Below are positions 28,898-38,231 of a DNA stretch of 64,000 nt, piece after piece (position 1 is the first letter of the stretch; the number at the start of each line of letters is the position of its first letter). The stretch comes from an uncultured Chloroflexia bacterium. GTDB lineage: Bacteria > Chloroflexota > Limnocylindria > Limnocylindrales > CSP1-4. Both the position numbers and the translations under genes were made by a program. Below the pieces are notes generated by a model. It did no database searches, was not told the DNA's origin, and saw only the letters and a program-made list of their open reading frames with translations. Location of the stretch: assembly GCA_963766735.1 (NCBI GenBank), contig CAVYBU010000004.1, positions 1 through 64,000 of the forward strand, read 5' to 3'.

Positions 28898-30075
28898 GCC
28901 GCGTCGGTATCGGCAAGGTCCTCTGGATCGGCCGGACGAACCTGCTCCGGCTCGTCCGCGATCGCGGCAACCTGTTCTTCGTCCTCGTCCTGCCCACGAT
29001 CATCATCGTGGCCCTGGGGCTGCAATTCGGCGGGTCGACGTTTGCGCGCCTGGGCATCGTGGCACCCGATGGGGACGCGGCAGCGGATGCGCTCGTCGCG
29101 CGGATTGCCGAGGATTCGACGGTGTTCACGGTCCTCGCGTTCAACGACGAGGCATCGCTGCGGACCGCCGTGGAGCGCGGCACCGTGGAGGCCGGGGTCG
29201 TGCTGCCCGAGGACTACAGTGCCAGGCTCGCTGACACCGACGTGGTCGAGATCCGGTTCCTGGGCACGACGGAGACGGTCACCGCCGGCTACCGTGCGAC
29301 GATCGAGGCTGCGATGGCAGAACAGCAGGCGCTGGTGGCTGCGGCCCGCACGGCGGAGCAGCTTGGCGCGGGCACCTTCGACGAGGCGTACGGGGTGGCC
29401 GAGACCCGGCGCCCCGACGTGGCCGGAGTCAGGGTCACCGTCGAGCAGGTCGGCAAGGAGTTCATGTTCGAGGGGTACAGCCAGTTCACCTTCGGCGCCC
29501 AGACCCAGCTGCTGCTGTTCACCTTCCTGACCTCGATGACGGCCGCGGCCCAGCTCGTGCTCACGAGGCGGCTCGGCGTGTCGCGACGCATGGTGTCGAC
29601 GCCGACGTCGATCGGGACGATCGTGCTCGGCGAGACCCTCGGGCGCTTCCTCGTCGCGCTGTTCCAGGCCCTGTTCATCGTCGTGCTCACGGCCACCGTG
29701 TTCAACGTGTCCTGGGGGGACCCGCTGGCGGCCTCGGCGATCGTCCTGATGTTCTGCCTCGTCTCCGCCGCCGCGGCGATGCTGGTGGGGACCCTGAGCC
29801 GGAACGCGGACCAGGCGTCGTCGCTGGGGGTGTTCGTCGGGTTGGCGCTGGGAGCGCTGGGCGGCTGCATGGTGCCGCTCGCCTTCATGCCGGAGGTCAT
29901 GCAGACCCTTGCCAAGGCGATCCCCCACTCCTGGGCGATCACGGGGCTCAGCTCTCTCATCCGCGACGGCGGCGGGATCGACACGGTGATGACGAACGTG
30001 GCGGTGCTGGCCGGGTTCGCGGTCGTGCTGCTGGGCCTGGCCACGTGGCGGTACCGGAAGGCCATCACCGGGTAG
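28894..30075 (+). CDS. ABC-2 exporter permease
   Basis: Same architecture as the preceding permease; ATGA overlap; LGGCMVP. Confidence 0.88.
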   Translation: MSRVGIGKVLWIGRTNLLRLVRDRGNLFFVLVLPTIIIVALGLQFGGSTFARLGIVAPDGDAAADALVARIAEDSTVFTVLAFNDEASLRTAVERGTVEAGVVLPEDYSARLADTDVVEIRFLGTTETVTAGYRATIEAAMAEQQALVAAARTAEQLGAGTFDEAYGVAETRRPDVAGVRVTVEQVGKEFMFEGYSQFTFGAQTQLLLFTFLTSMTAAAQLVLTRRLGVSRRMVSTPTSIGTIVLGETLGRFLVALFQALFIVVLTATVFNVSWGDPLAASAIVLMFCLVSAAAAMLVGTLSRNADQASSLGVFVGLALGALGGCMVPLAFMPEVMQTLAKAIPHSWAITGLSSLIRDGGGIDTVMTNVAVLAGFAVVLLGLATWRYRKAITG

Positions 30076-30201
30076 CTGGCGCGCGGCCGGGATTCCTGAC
30101 GGCGTCGAGCGCCTGGGGCCCTGCTGGACAGCCCCGACGCTGGGCCATATGCTTCACGCCACGTTGATCATCTATCTCCAGCGAAGGGCCGTGACCAACC
30201 C

Positions 30202-30675
30202 GTGAACCGCGAAGCCGTCCTCCGCGAGGTCCTCGAGGAGCTCGCCGCGCAGAGCCCTGCCGCCGCCATGCGCCACATGCGTCACTGGCCCGGTGGTGCG
30301 CTGAGCCTCGTCCACCTCAACGTGCTGGCCGTCCTCGACGCCGACGGACCGCTCCCGATGCGCGGCCTCGCCGAGACGCTCGACGTGTCGCAGGCGAGCG
30401 CCACCGGGATCATCGACCGGATGGAGCAGCGGGGCCTCGTGGAGCGCCACCGCGGTGACGACGACCGCCGCGTGGTGCGCGTGGCGCTGACCGAGGAGGG
30501 GCGCAATCTCATCGCCGGGATGGCGACCGAGCGCCGCGAGCACCTCGCGATGATGCTCGACCACCTGACCGACGACGAGCTCGCGGGCCTGCTCAAGGGC
30601 GCCCGGGCCCTCCACCGCGCCCGCGAGCGCTTCCACGAGGACCTTCCGACCCCTGCCCCGGAGGCCGGCCGTTGA
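30202..30675 (+). CDS. MarR-family regulator
   Basis: ATGIIDRMEQRGLVER....DRRVV.V.LT..G; upstream TGGACA-17-TATGCT. Confidence 0.9.
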   Translation: MNREAVLREVLEELAAQSPAAAMRHMRHWPGGALSLVHLNVLAVLDADGPLPMRGLAETLDVSQASATGIIDRMEQRGLVERHRGDDDRRVVRVALTEEGRNLIAGMATERREHLAMMLDHLTDDELAGLLKGARALHRARERFHEDLPTPAPEAGR

Positions 30676-32399
30676 TCCCCATCCTGCGCCGCTACCTGCC
30701 GCCCTATCGATGGGCGATCGGGTTCGTGCTCATCCTCCTGCTGGTCCAGGCGATTGCCAACCTGTACCTCCCCGAGCTCAACGCCGAGATCATCAACAAC
30801 GGCGTCGCCAAGGGGGATGTCGACTACATCCTGCGCACGGGCGGCTTCATGCTGGTGGTCACGTTCGCGCTGATGGTCGCCGCGATCGTCGGCGTCTACT
30901 GGAGCGCCCGGATCGCGATGGGCTTCGGGCGCGACGTGCGCAGCGGCATCTTCCGCAAGGTCGAGACGTTCAGCCAGGTCGAGGTCAACCAGTTCGGCGC
31001 CGCCAGCCTCATCACCCGCAACACGAATGACGTCCAGCAGATCCAGCAGGTCGTGCTGATGGCGCTGAACATGATGATCTCCGCCCCGATCCTGACCATC
31101 GGCGGCGTGATCATGGCGCTCCGCCAGGACGTGCCGCTCACCGGGGTCCTGCTGGTGATCATCCCGATCATGATCGTGCTGATCGGCGTCGTGATGAGCC
31201 GCGCGATCCCGCTGTTCCAGGCGATGCAGGTCAAGATCGACCGGATCAACCTCCTCATGCGCGAGACGCTGTCGGGCGTGCGCGTCATCCGGGCATTCGT
31301 GCGGACGGAGCACGAGGAGGAGCGCTTTGACGAGGCCAGCCGGGACCTGATGGACACCGGCCTGCGGGTGAACCGGCTGTTCGCGGTCACCATGCCCAGC
31401 CTGATGCTGATCATGAACCTGAGCACGGTCGCCGTCCTCTACCTCGGCGCCTACCGCGTGGACAGCGGCGCGATGCCGATCGGCAACCTGACCGCCTTCC
31501 TGCAGTACATCATGCAGATCCTGTTCGCGATCATGACCGCGGTGATCATGTTCATCATGGTCCCGCGCGCAGCGGTGTCGGGCGACCGGATCCAGCAGGT
31601 CCTGGCAACGGAGCCGGCGATCCACGACCCCCAGGAGCCCGTGTCTCCCCCGAGGACCGGGCACCTGGTCTTCCGCGACGTGACGTTCGGCTACCCGGGT
31701 GCCGCTGATCCGGTCCTGTGCAACGTCTCGTTCGAGGCGAACCCGGGCGAGACGACGGCCATCGTGGGCTCCACCGGCAGCGGCAAGTCGACGCTGATCA
31801 ACCTGCTCCCGCGCTTCTACGACGCGACCGGCGGCAGCGTCGAGATCGACGGGGTCGACGTCCGCACGATGGACCGCCAGGACCTCTGGCGGCGCATCGG
31901 CGTCGTCCCCCAGCGGGCGTTCCTGTTCGCAGGCACGGTGGCCTCCAACCTCCGCTACGGCGACGAGGCGGCCACCGACGAGGACCTGTGGCGGGCGCTC
32001 GACATCGCGCAGGGGCGCGAGTTCGTCGAGGAGATGGAGGGGCGCCTGGAAGCGCCGATCACCCAGGGCGGGACCAACGTCTCGGGCGGCCAGCGACAGC
32101 GCCTGGCGATCGCCCGGGCGCTCACCCACAAGCCCGACATCTACGTGTTCGATGACAGCTTCTCGGCGCTGGACTTCCGGACCGACGCCCGCCTCCGGGC
32201 GGCGCTCGCGCGAGAGCTGGGCGATGCCACGGTGATCATCGTGGCCCAGCGGGTGGGGACGATCCTCCACGCGGACCGGATCGTGGTGCTCGAGGACGGA
32301 GGCGTCGCCGGCATCGGCACCCACGAGGAGCTGATGCGGACCTGCGAGACCTACCGGGAGATCGTGCTGTCCCAGGTCACCGAGGAGGAGGCGGCGTGA
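30672..32399 (+). CDS. Heterodimeric multidrug ABC exporter, subunit 1
   Basis: TMD+NBD with GSTGSGKS, VSGGQ and degenerate Walker B FDDS. Confidence 0.92.
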   Translation: MIPILRRYLPPYRWAIGFVLILLLVQAIANLYLPELNAEIINNGVAKGDVDYILRTGGFMLVVTFALMVAAIVGVYWSARIAMGFGRDVRSGIFRKVETFSQVEVNQFGAASLITRNTNDVQQIQQVVLMALNMMISAPILTIGGVIMALRQDVPLTGVLLVIIPIMIVLIGVVMSRAIPLFQAMQVKIDRINLLMRETLSGVRVIRAFVRTEHEEERFDEASRDLMDTGLRVNRLFAVTMPSLMLIMNLSTVAVLYLGAYRVDSGAMPIGNLTAFLQYIMQILFAIMTAVIMFIMVPRAAVSGDRIQQVLATEPAIHDPQEPVSPPRTGHLVFRDVTFGYPGAADPVLCNVSFEANPGETTAIVGSTGSGKSTLINLLPRFYDATGGSVEIDGVDVRTMDRQDLWRRIGVVPQRAFLFAGTVASNLRYGDEAATDEDLWRALDIAQGREFVEEMEGRLEAPITQGGTNVSGGQRQRLAIARALTHKPDIYVFDDSFSALDFRTDARLRAALARELGDATVIIVAQRVGTILHADRIVVLEDGGVAGIGTHEELMRTCETYREIVLSQVTEEEAA

Positions 32400-34396
32400 G
32401 CGGCCCGACGGGACGGCAGGGCGGACCCGGCGCCGGTCGCAGGCCGGGCGGCGGCTCGCCGGGCATGGGCATGATGGGCGCGGGCATGCCGGTCGAGAAG
32501 TCCAAGAACTTCGGGCCCTCGTTCAGGCGGCTGGTCGGCGAGCTCCGTCCGGAGCGGCTCCTGGTCCTCGCGGTGGTGGTGCTCGGCGTCATCAGCGTCT
32601 TCTTCGCCATTCTCGGCCCGAAGATGCTCGGCAGCGCCACCGACATCATCTTCGAGGGCGCGATTGGCAACCAGCTCGGTGCGGCCGGCCTGACCGGCGT
32701 CCCCATCGACCAGATCATCGCGCAGCTCAATGACACGGGCCAGACGAACCAGGCCGAGATGCTGGCGAGCATGAACAACGTCGTGCCCGGCCAGGGAATC
32801 GACTTCACCGCCCTCGCGACGATCCTGGCGAGCGTCGGGGTGATCTACATCGTGAGCTCTCTCTTCGCGTGGGCCCAGAGCTACATCATGGCCGGCGTCA
32901 CGCAACGGACCGTCTACCGGCTGCGCCGGCGGGTCGACGTCAAGCTCGGACGGCTCCCCCTCGCCTACTTCGACGGCCACCCGCGCGGCGACATCCTGTC
33001 CCGCGTCACCAACGACATCGACAACATCAGCCAGACGCTCCAGCAGAGCCTCACCCAGCTGATCACGTCGGTGCTGACCGTGGTCGGGGTGCTGATCATG
33101 ATGCTCACGATCAGCCCGCTCCTGGCCGTGATCTCAGTGCTCGCGGTGCCGGCGTCGATCGTGGTGACCGTGCTCATCGCGTCCCGCTCGCAGAAGCAGT
33201 TCGCCGCCCAGTGGGAGCGAACCGGGACCCTCAACGGTCACGTCGAGGAGATGCACACCGGGCACGCGATCGTGAAGCTGTTCGGGCGCCAGGAGGAGGC
33301 GATCGCCACCTTCGACGAGCAGAACGAGCAGCTCTACCAGGCCTCCTACCGGGCCCAGTTCATCTCCGGGATGATCATGCCGGCGATGACGTTCATCTCC
33401 AACCTCAACTACGTCGCCATCGCCGTCATCGGCGGCGTGCAGGTGGCGAACGGACGGATGTCGCTCGGCGACGTCCAGGCGTTCATCCAGTACTCGCGGC
33501 AGTTCACGATGCCCATCATCCAGGCAGCGTCCATCGTCAACGTGCTACAGAGTGCGGTGGCATCGGCCGAGCGGGTGTTCGAGCTGCTGGACGAGGCCGA
33601 GGAGATCCCGGATCCGGTGGCACCTCGGCGCATGGAGGGACCGGCAACGGGCCGCGTCGCCTTCGAGGATGTGGCCTTCCGGTACATGCCGGACAAGCCG
33701 CTCATCGAGGAGCTGTCGCTGATCGTGGAGCCCGGGCAGACGGTGGCCATCGTGGGGCCGACCGGTGCAGGCAAGACCACGCTCGTGAACCTGCTGATGC
33801 GGTTCTACGACGTGGACCAGGGGCGGATCACCGTGGACGGGATCGATACCCGGGAGCTGACGCGGGACAGCCTGCGCCGCACCTTCGGGATGGTCCTCCA
33901 GGACGCCTGGCTGTTCAACGGCACGATCCGGGACAACGTCACGTACGGTGCCGACGGCGAGGTTGCCGAGGCACGGTTCCACGATGCGGTCGATGCCGCG
34001 CACGTGGACCACTTCGTGCGGACGCTGCCCGACGGGTACGAGACCGTCCTGGACGATGACGCAACCAACGTCTCGGCCGGCGAGAAGCAGCTGCTCACGA
34101 TCGCCCGGGCGTTCCTCTCCGACCCGCCGATCCTGATCCTGGACGAGGCCACGTCGTCGGTGGACACGCGGACCGAGGTGCTTATCCAGCGCGCGATGAA
34201 CCGGCTGATGGAGGGCCGGACGTCGTTCGTGATCGCGCACCGGCTGTCCACGATCCGCGACGCGGACGTGATCCTGGTCATGAACGAGGGCCGGATCCTG
34301 GAGCAGGGCACGCATGAGGTGCTCCTCGCGAAGCAGGGCTTCTACCACGAGCTGTACGCGAGCCAGTTCGAGGAGGCGTTGGACCCGGTGGCGTAG
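32396..34396 (+). CDS. Heterodimeric multidrug ABC exporter, subunit 2
   Basis: TMD+NBD with GPTGAGKT, VSAGE, LDEATSSVD, AHRLST. Confidence 0.92.
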   Translation: MSGPTGRQGGPGAGRRPGGGSPGMGMMGAGMPVEKSKNFGPSFRRLVGELRPERLLVLAVVVLGVISVFFAILGPKMLGSATDIIFEGAIGNQLGAAGLTGVPIDQIIAQLNDTGQTNQAEMLASMNNVVPGQGIDFTALATILASVGVIYIVSSLFAWAQSYIMAGVTQRTVYRLRRRVDVKLGRLPLAYFDGHPRGDILSRVTNDIDNISQTLQQSLTQLITSVLTVVGVLIMMLTISPLLAVISVLAVPASIVVTVLIASRSQKQFAAQWERTGTLNGHVEEMHTGHAIVKLFGRQEEAIATFDEQNEQLYQASYRAQFISGMIMPAMTFISNLNYVAIAVIGGVQVANGRMSLGDVQAFIQYSRQFTMPIIQAASIVNVLQSAVASAERVFELLDEAEEIPDPVAPRRMEGPATGRVAFEDVAFRYMPDKPLIEELSLIVEPGQTVAIVGPTGAGKTTLVNLLMRFYDVDQGRITVDGIDTRELTRDSLRRTFGMVLQDAWLFNGTIRDNVTYGADGEVAEARFHDAVDAAHVDHFVRTLPDGYETVLDDDATNVSAGEKQLLTIARAFLSDPPILILDEATSSVDTRTEVLIQRAMNRLMEGRTSFVIAHRLSTIRDADVILVMNEGRILEQGTHEVLLAKQGFYHELYASQFEEALDPVA

Positions 34397-34462
34397 GGGG
34401 TGCACCCGGCTGTCATGGCCGCCCTGACCCGGGCCCGCCCGCGTCGGGACACCACCCCCAGG

Positions 34463-36166
34463 TCAGGGCACCGCCGTCGGCACCTGCATGACGGGCCATC
34501 CGGCGGTCTGGTCGGGGGGTGTCAGGCCGAGCGCCAGGTACGGGTTCTCCGACGGCCGCAACAGGGCCTCGATGTCGATGCGCTCGATGTCGATGTGCCT
34601 GGCCGGCCTTCCAAGGAGATACCCCTGGCCGGCGTCGATCCCGAGCTCCCGCGCCATCGCGAGCTGGCCCGCTGTCTCGATGCCCTCGGCGACGACGAGC
34701 GCACCAAGGCGCCCGGCGAGGTCGACGAGCGAGCCGAGGACCGCGCGAACAGTCTCCTTCCCGGCACCGGCCTGGACCAGAGACAGGTCGATCTTCACCA
34801 CGTCGAACCGGAACTGGCTCAACAGGCGCAGGCCCGCATTGCCGGCGCCGACATCGTCGACGGCGACCCGGATCCCGGCCGCTCGACACTGCTCGAGCAC
34901 GGCGACGACCCGCGGCACGTCGCTGATGACGTCGCGCTCCGTGACTTCGAGGATCACCCGACTCGGGGCGATGCCCGAGCTCGCGACCATCGCCAGGAAG
35001 CGCGATGCTCCAAACTCGGGCGCCTCGAGCGTCCGAGGTGAGACATTGACCGTGACCAGGGTCGGCTCGGGGATCTCGGCGGCACCGGCCAGGACGGTCG
35101 CCAGGCAGGCCAGGTCGAGCTCCACCACGCGCCCACTGACCTCCGCCGCCGCGAACAGCGCACCCGGGTTCGCGAATGTCGAATCCGGGGCCGTCCTCGT
35201 CAGCCCTTCGAAGCCGATGACCCTGCCGGACTCGAGGTGAATGATGGGCTGGTAGGCGGCATGGAGTGACCGCTGCGCGAGCTCCTTCGCGATGGCCGCA
35301 GAGAGGACCGCACGCCGCTGCTCATCCACCTGCTCGCCGTCGAGCGCCGGGTCCGCCAGCGTCACCGTCGTGCGGCCGGATCGCTTGCCGCGATACAGCG
35401 CGGAGTCCGCGAAGGTCCGGAGCTGCTCGCGATCCCTGGTCTGGGCTGGGAACGACGAGACGCCGGCAGAGAACGAGATCGGTCGCTGGTAGGCACTGTC
35501 GGGTCGGACCTCGAGGCCGGACGCGAGCAGGCGCCGCGCCAGCAGCTGGGCGCCGTCCGCGGCGGTCTGCGGCAGGATGAGCGCGAACTCGTCGCCGCCG
35601 ATCCGGAACGCCCGGTCCGATCGCCGGACCTGGCCCCGGATCAGGCGCCCCACCTCGGCCAGGAGGCTGTCGCCGATGGCATGTCCCTGGGCATCGTTGA
35701 CGAGCTTGAACTCGTCGAGGTCAAGGAGCACCAGCGACAGGTCCTGGTGGTACCGCTGCGCCCTCGAGATCTCGCCTTCGAACGCCTCCTGGAACGCCCG
35801 GTGATTGCCGAGGCCCGTCAGGCCATCGACCAGGGCGAACTCGCGAACTTCCTCGTACGCGTCACGCAGGCGGCCGCGCGACGCGTCGAGCTCGACGGCC
35901 GGTTCGAGGACCCGGCCCGCCATGCGGAGGACCAGGCCCACGAGCAGCGCTCCAACCACCAGGAGGGCGAGCAACGTCGAGGGCTCAACACCCGGACCCG
36001 CGCCGTCGACCGCACGGGTCGCGGCCTGGATCGCGGCAACTGGCAGGATCGCGGCAGCCGTGAGCGCCAGGGCGAGCCGAATCCTCACCAACCGGAGCGA
36101 GCTGCCATCGGCAAGATCGTCGGTCGGCGTGAGTCGCGACAGGGTCTGCGTCGGGCATCCGGGCAC
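34463..36166 (-). CDS. Membrane-anchored GGDEF-EAL diguanylate cyclase/phosphodiesterase
   Basis: 2 TM helices, DGLTGLGN, RIGGDEF, YQPI...FEGL.R, VDDVGAG, KID, AEGIE, QGY. Start uncertain. Confidence 0.9.
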   Translation of the reverse strand: MPGCPTQTLSRLTPTDDLADGSSLRLVRIRLALALTAAAILPVAAIQAATRAVDGAGPGVEPSTLLALLVVGALLVGLVLRMAGRVLEPAVELDASRGRLRDAYEEVREFALVDGLTGLGNHRAFQEAFEGEISRAQRYHQDLSLVLLDLDEFKLVNDAQGHAIGDSLLAEVGRLIRGQVRRSDRAFRIGGDEFALILPQTAADGAQLLARRLLASGLEVRPDSAYQRPISFSAGVSSFPAQTRDREQLRTFADSALYRGKRSGRTTVTLADPALDGEQVDEQRRAVLSAAIAKELAQRSLHAAYQPIIHLESGRVIGFEGLTRTAPDSTFANPGALFAAAEVSGRVVELDLACLATVLAGAAEIPEPTLVTVNVSPRTLEAPEFGASRFLAMVASSGIAPSRVILEVTERDVISDVPRVVAVLEQCRAAGIRVAVDDVGAGNAGLRLLSQFRFDVVKIDLSLVQAGAGKETVRAVLGSLVDLAGRLGALVVAEGIETAGQLAMARELGIDAGQGYLLGRPARHIDIERIDIEALLRPSENPYLALGLTPPDQTAGWPVMQVPTAVP

Positions 36167-36330
36167 CGTGGGCGGGGTTGGAAGGATCCTGTCCGGGATC
36201 GTAGACGGGGTATACGACGGATACCACTGCACCGAACCCCACCAATCGTCACCCCTCCCGGTAGGACCCACCATCGGTGCCCGCGGTGCGGCTTGCCGAA
36301 TTCGATCCTGACCTCATGGCCAGCGCGCTG

Positions 36331-36389
36331 GATCCGGTCGCACAGGCCACTCGGGCCCCTGACCCGGTCGCACAGGCGCTCTCGGGCCC
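36331..36389. repeat. Imperfect ~30-bp tandem duplication
   Basis: ga[t/c]ccggtcgcacaggc...tcgggccc at 36331 and 36361. Confidence 0.7.
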
Positions 36390-36490
36390 GCCGGACCCGC
36401 CCAAGGGGCCGTCCCTCCCTACCGACGGCGCCGTTCTCGGGCGACGATCAGGACGACGCAGCGTGGCGTCGGAACGCCCAGGGGTGCCCC

Positions 36491-37396
36491 ATGACCAATC
36501 TCGTCGTGGAGGCGGACGGCCTCACCAAGTCCTACGGATCGCGGCGCGGCGTGGAGGACGTCGCGTTCGGCGTGGAGGAGGGCGAGGCCTTCGGCTTCCT
36601 CGGGCCGAACGGGGCCGGCAAGACCACCACGATCCGCCTGCTCATGGGCTTCCTGCGCGCGACCGGCGGCAGCGCGAGGCTGTTCGGCGAGGACGCGTTC
36701 GCACACGCCGCCCGCCTGCACCGGAACGTCGCGTACCTGGGCAGCGACCCCGGGTTCCTCGGCGAGCTGACGAGCGCTGCCCAGCTGGACTACTTCGCGG
36801 AGCTGCGCGGCCTCGCTCGCCGCTGCTGGATGCCGATGGCGGAGCGCCTGGAGCTGGACCCCTCCGTTCGCATCCGCAAGCTGAGCCGAGGCAACCGCCA
36901 GAAGATCGGCGTGGTGGCGGCGTTCATGGGCAGGGAGCCGCTGCTCATCCTCGACGAGCCCACCGGTGGGCTGGACCCGCTGATGCAGCGCGAGTTCCTG
37001 GCCCTTCTCGCGGAGGTGCGCGAGGAGGGTCGAACCGTCTTCCTGTCCAGCCACAACCTGGTCGAGGTCGAGCGGGCGTGCGACCGGGTGGCGATCATCC
37101 GGGACGGCCGGATCGCGGAGATCAGCAACGTCGCCGAGCTCCTTGGTTCGCACTGGCGCTCGATCAACCTCGTCCTCGCCCACCCGCCCGGCGTGGCGGA
37201 TTTCGACCTCCCGAACGTCGAGGTCGCCGCGCTCACCGGTCGCGAGGTGCACCTCATGGTCCGCGGGGATATCAATCCCCTGCTCGCGCGCATCGCCGCC
37301 CACGTCGTGACCGACATCGCGATCACGACGCCCGACGTCGAGGACCTGTTCCTCCGCCAGTACCGGGAAGAGGCCCCCGGGGAGGTGCCGGCATGA
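36491..37396 (+). CDS. ABC-2 ATP-binding subunit
   Basis: GPNGAGKT, LSRGNRQK, LDEPTGGLDP. Confidence 0.9.
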   Translation: MTNLVVEADGLTKSYGSRRGVEDVAFGVEEGEAFGFLGPNGAGKTTTIRLLMGFLRATGGSARLFGEDAFAHAARLHRNVAYLGSDPGFLGELTSAAQLDYFAELRGLARRCWMPMAERLELDPSVRIRKLSRGNRQKIGVVAAFMGREPLLILDEPTGGLDPLMQREFLALLAEVREEGRTVFLSSHNLVEVERACDRVAIIRDGRIAEISNVAELLGSHWRSINLVLAHPPGVADFDLPNVEVAALTGREVHLMVRGDINPLLARIAAHVVTDIAITTPDVEDLFLRQYREEAPGEVPA

Positions 37397-38187
37397 CCGC
37401 CTTCCGCATGGAGCTCCGCCGCAACCGGTCGCTCACCGTCTGGCTCGGCGTGACCATGGCGGCGTACGGGGCAATCATGGCCGCCATGTACCCGGTCATG
37501 CTCGAGAACGACAAGCTGTTCACGGAATACATGCAGACCTTCCCCCAGGAGTTCCTCGCCGCCTTCGGCATGACCGGCTCGCTCTCGGACCCGGGTGTCT
37601 TCTACACCACGTACATCTCGTCCTGGCTGTGGCCGATCATGGCCGCAGCCATGGCGCTCCTGTTCGGGACGCGGGTGGCGGTAGACCTGGACCGCGGGTT
37701 CCTGGACCTGCCGCTCGCCACGCCCGTCTCGCGCATCCGGTACCTCACGGCTTCGATCCTGGGCCAGGCCATCGCGATGGCGGTGCTGACCGTGGCAACG
37801 GTCGGCGGCCTGTGGGTCGTGGGGCAGATGGTGGGGGCGGCATTCGATCCCGGTCGGTTCGCCCTTGCCGGCGTGCTGTCATGGCTCTTCGGGTGCGCGA
37901 TCGCCGGAGTCACGACGCTGCTCGGGGTGCTGACCCTCAGCCGCGGGCGGACGTCCGGGATCGTGTCCGGCGTCCTGATCGCCATGTACCTGTTGTACGT
38001 CGTGACCCAGATCAGCGCGGACCTGGCCTGGCTTGCGCCGGCGTCGGCGTGGGACCACTTCCGAACCACCGAGCTGATCGACGGGGGCACCCTCCCGCTG
38101 GGCGATTTCGCCCTGTTCGCGGGCATCGCGCTCGCGGGCTGGCTGGGTGCGCTCTGGGCGTTCCGGCGCCGCGACCTGGCTGCCTGA
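37393..38187 (+). CDS. ABC-2 permease
   Basis: 6 TM helices ending FRRRDL; ATGA overlap with the ATPase gene. Confidence 0.85.
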   Translation: MTAFRMELRRNRSLTVWLGVTMAAYGAIMAAMYPVMLENDKLFTEYMQTFPQEFLAAFGMTGSLSDPGVFYTTYISSWLWPIMAAAMALLFGTRVAVDLDRGFLDLPLATPVSRIRYLTASILGQAIAMAVLTVATVGGLWVVGQMVGAAFDPGRFALAGVLSWLFGCAIAGVTTLLGVLTLSRGRTSGIVSGVLIAMYLLYVVTQISADLAWLAPASAWDHFRTTELIDGGTLPLGDFALFAGIALAGWLGALWAFRRRDLAA

Positions 38188-38231
38188 ACCGGCCGGGCCG
38201 CCTCCCGACGGGCGCGGCCGCCTCCCGTCGA

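Noticed and set aside
36170-36490. c-di-GMP riboswitch upstream of the GGDEF-EAL gene
   Set aside because: No GEMM consensus recognised.
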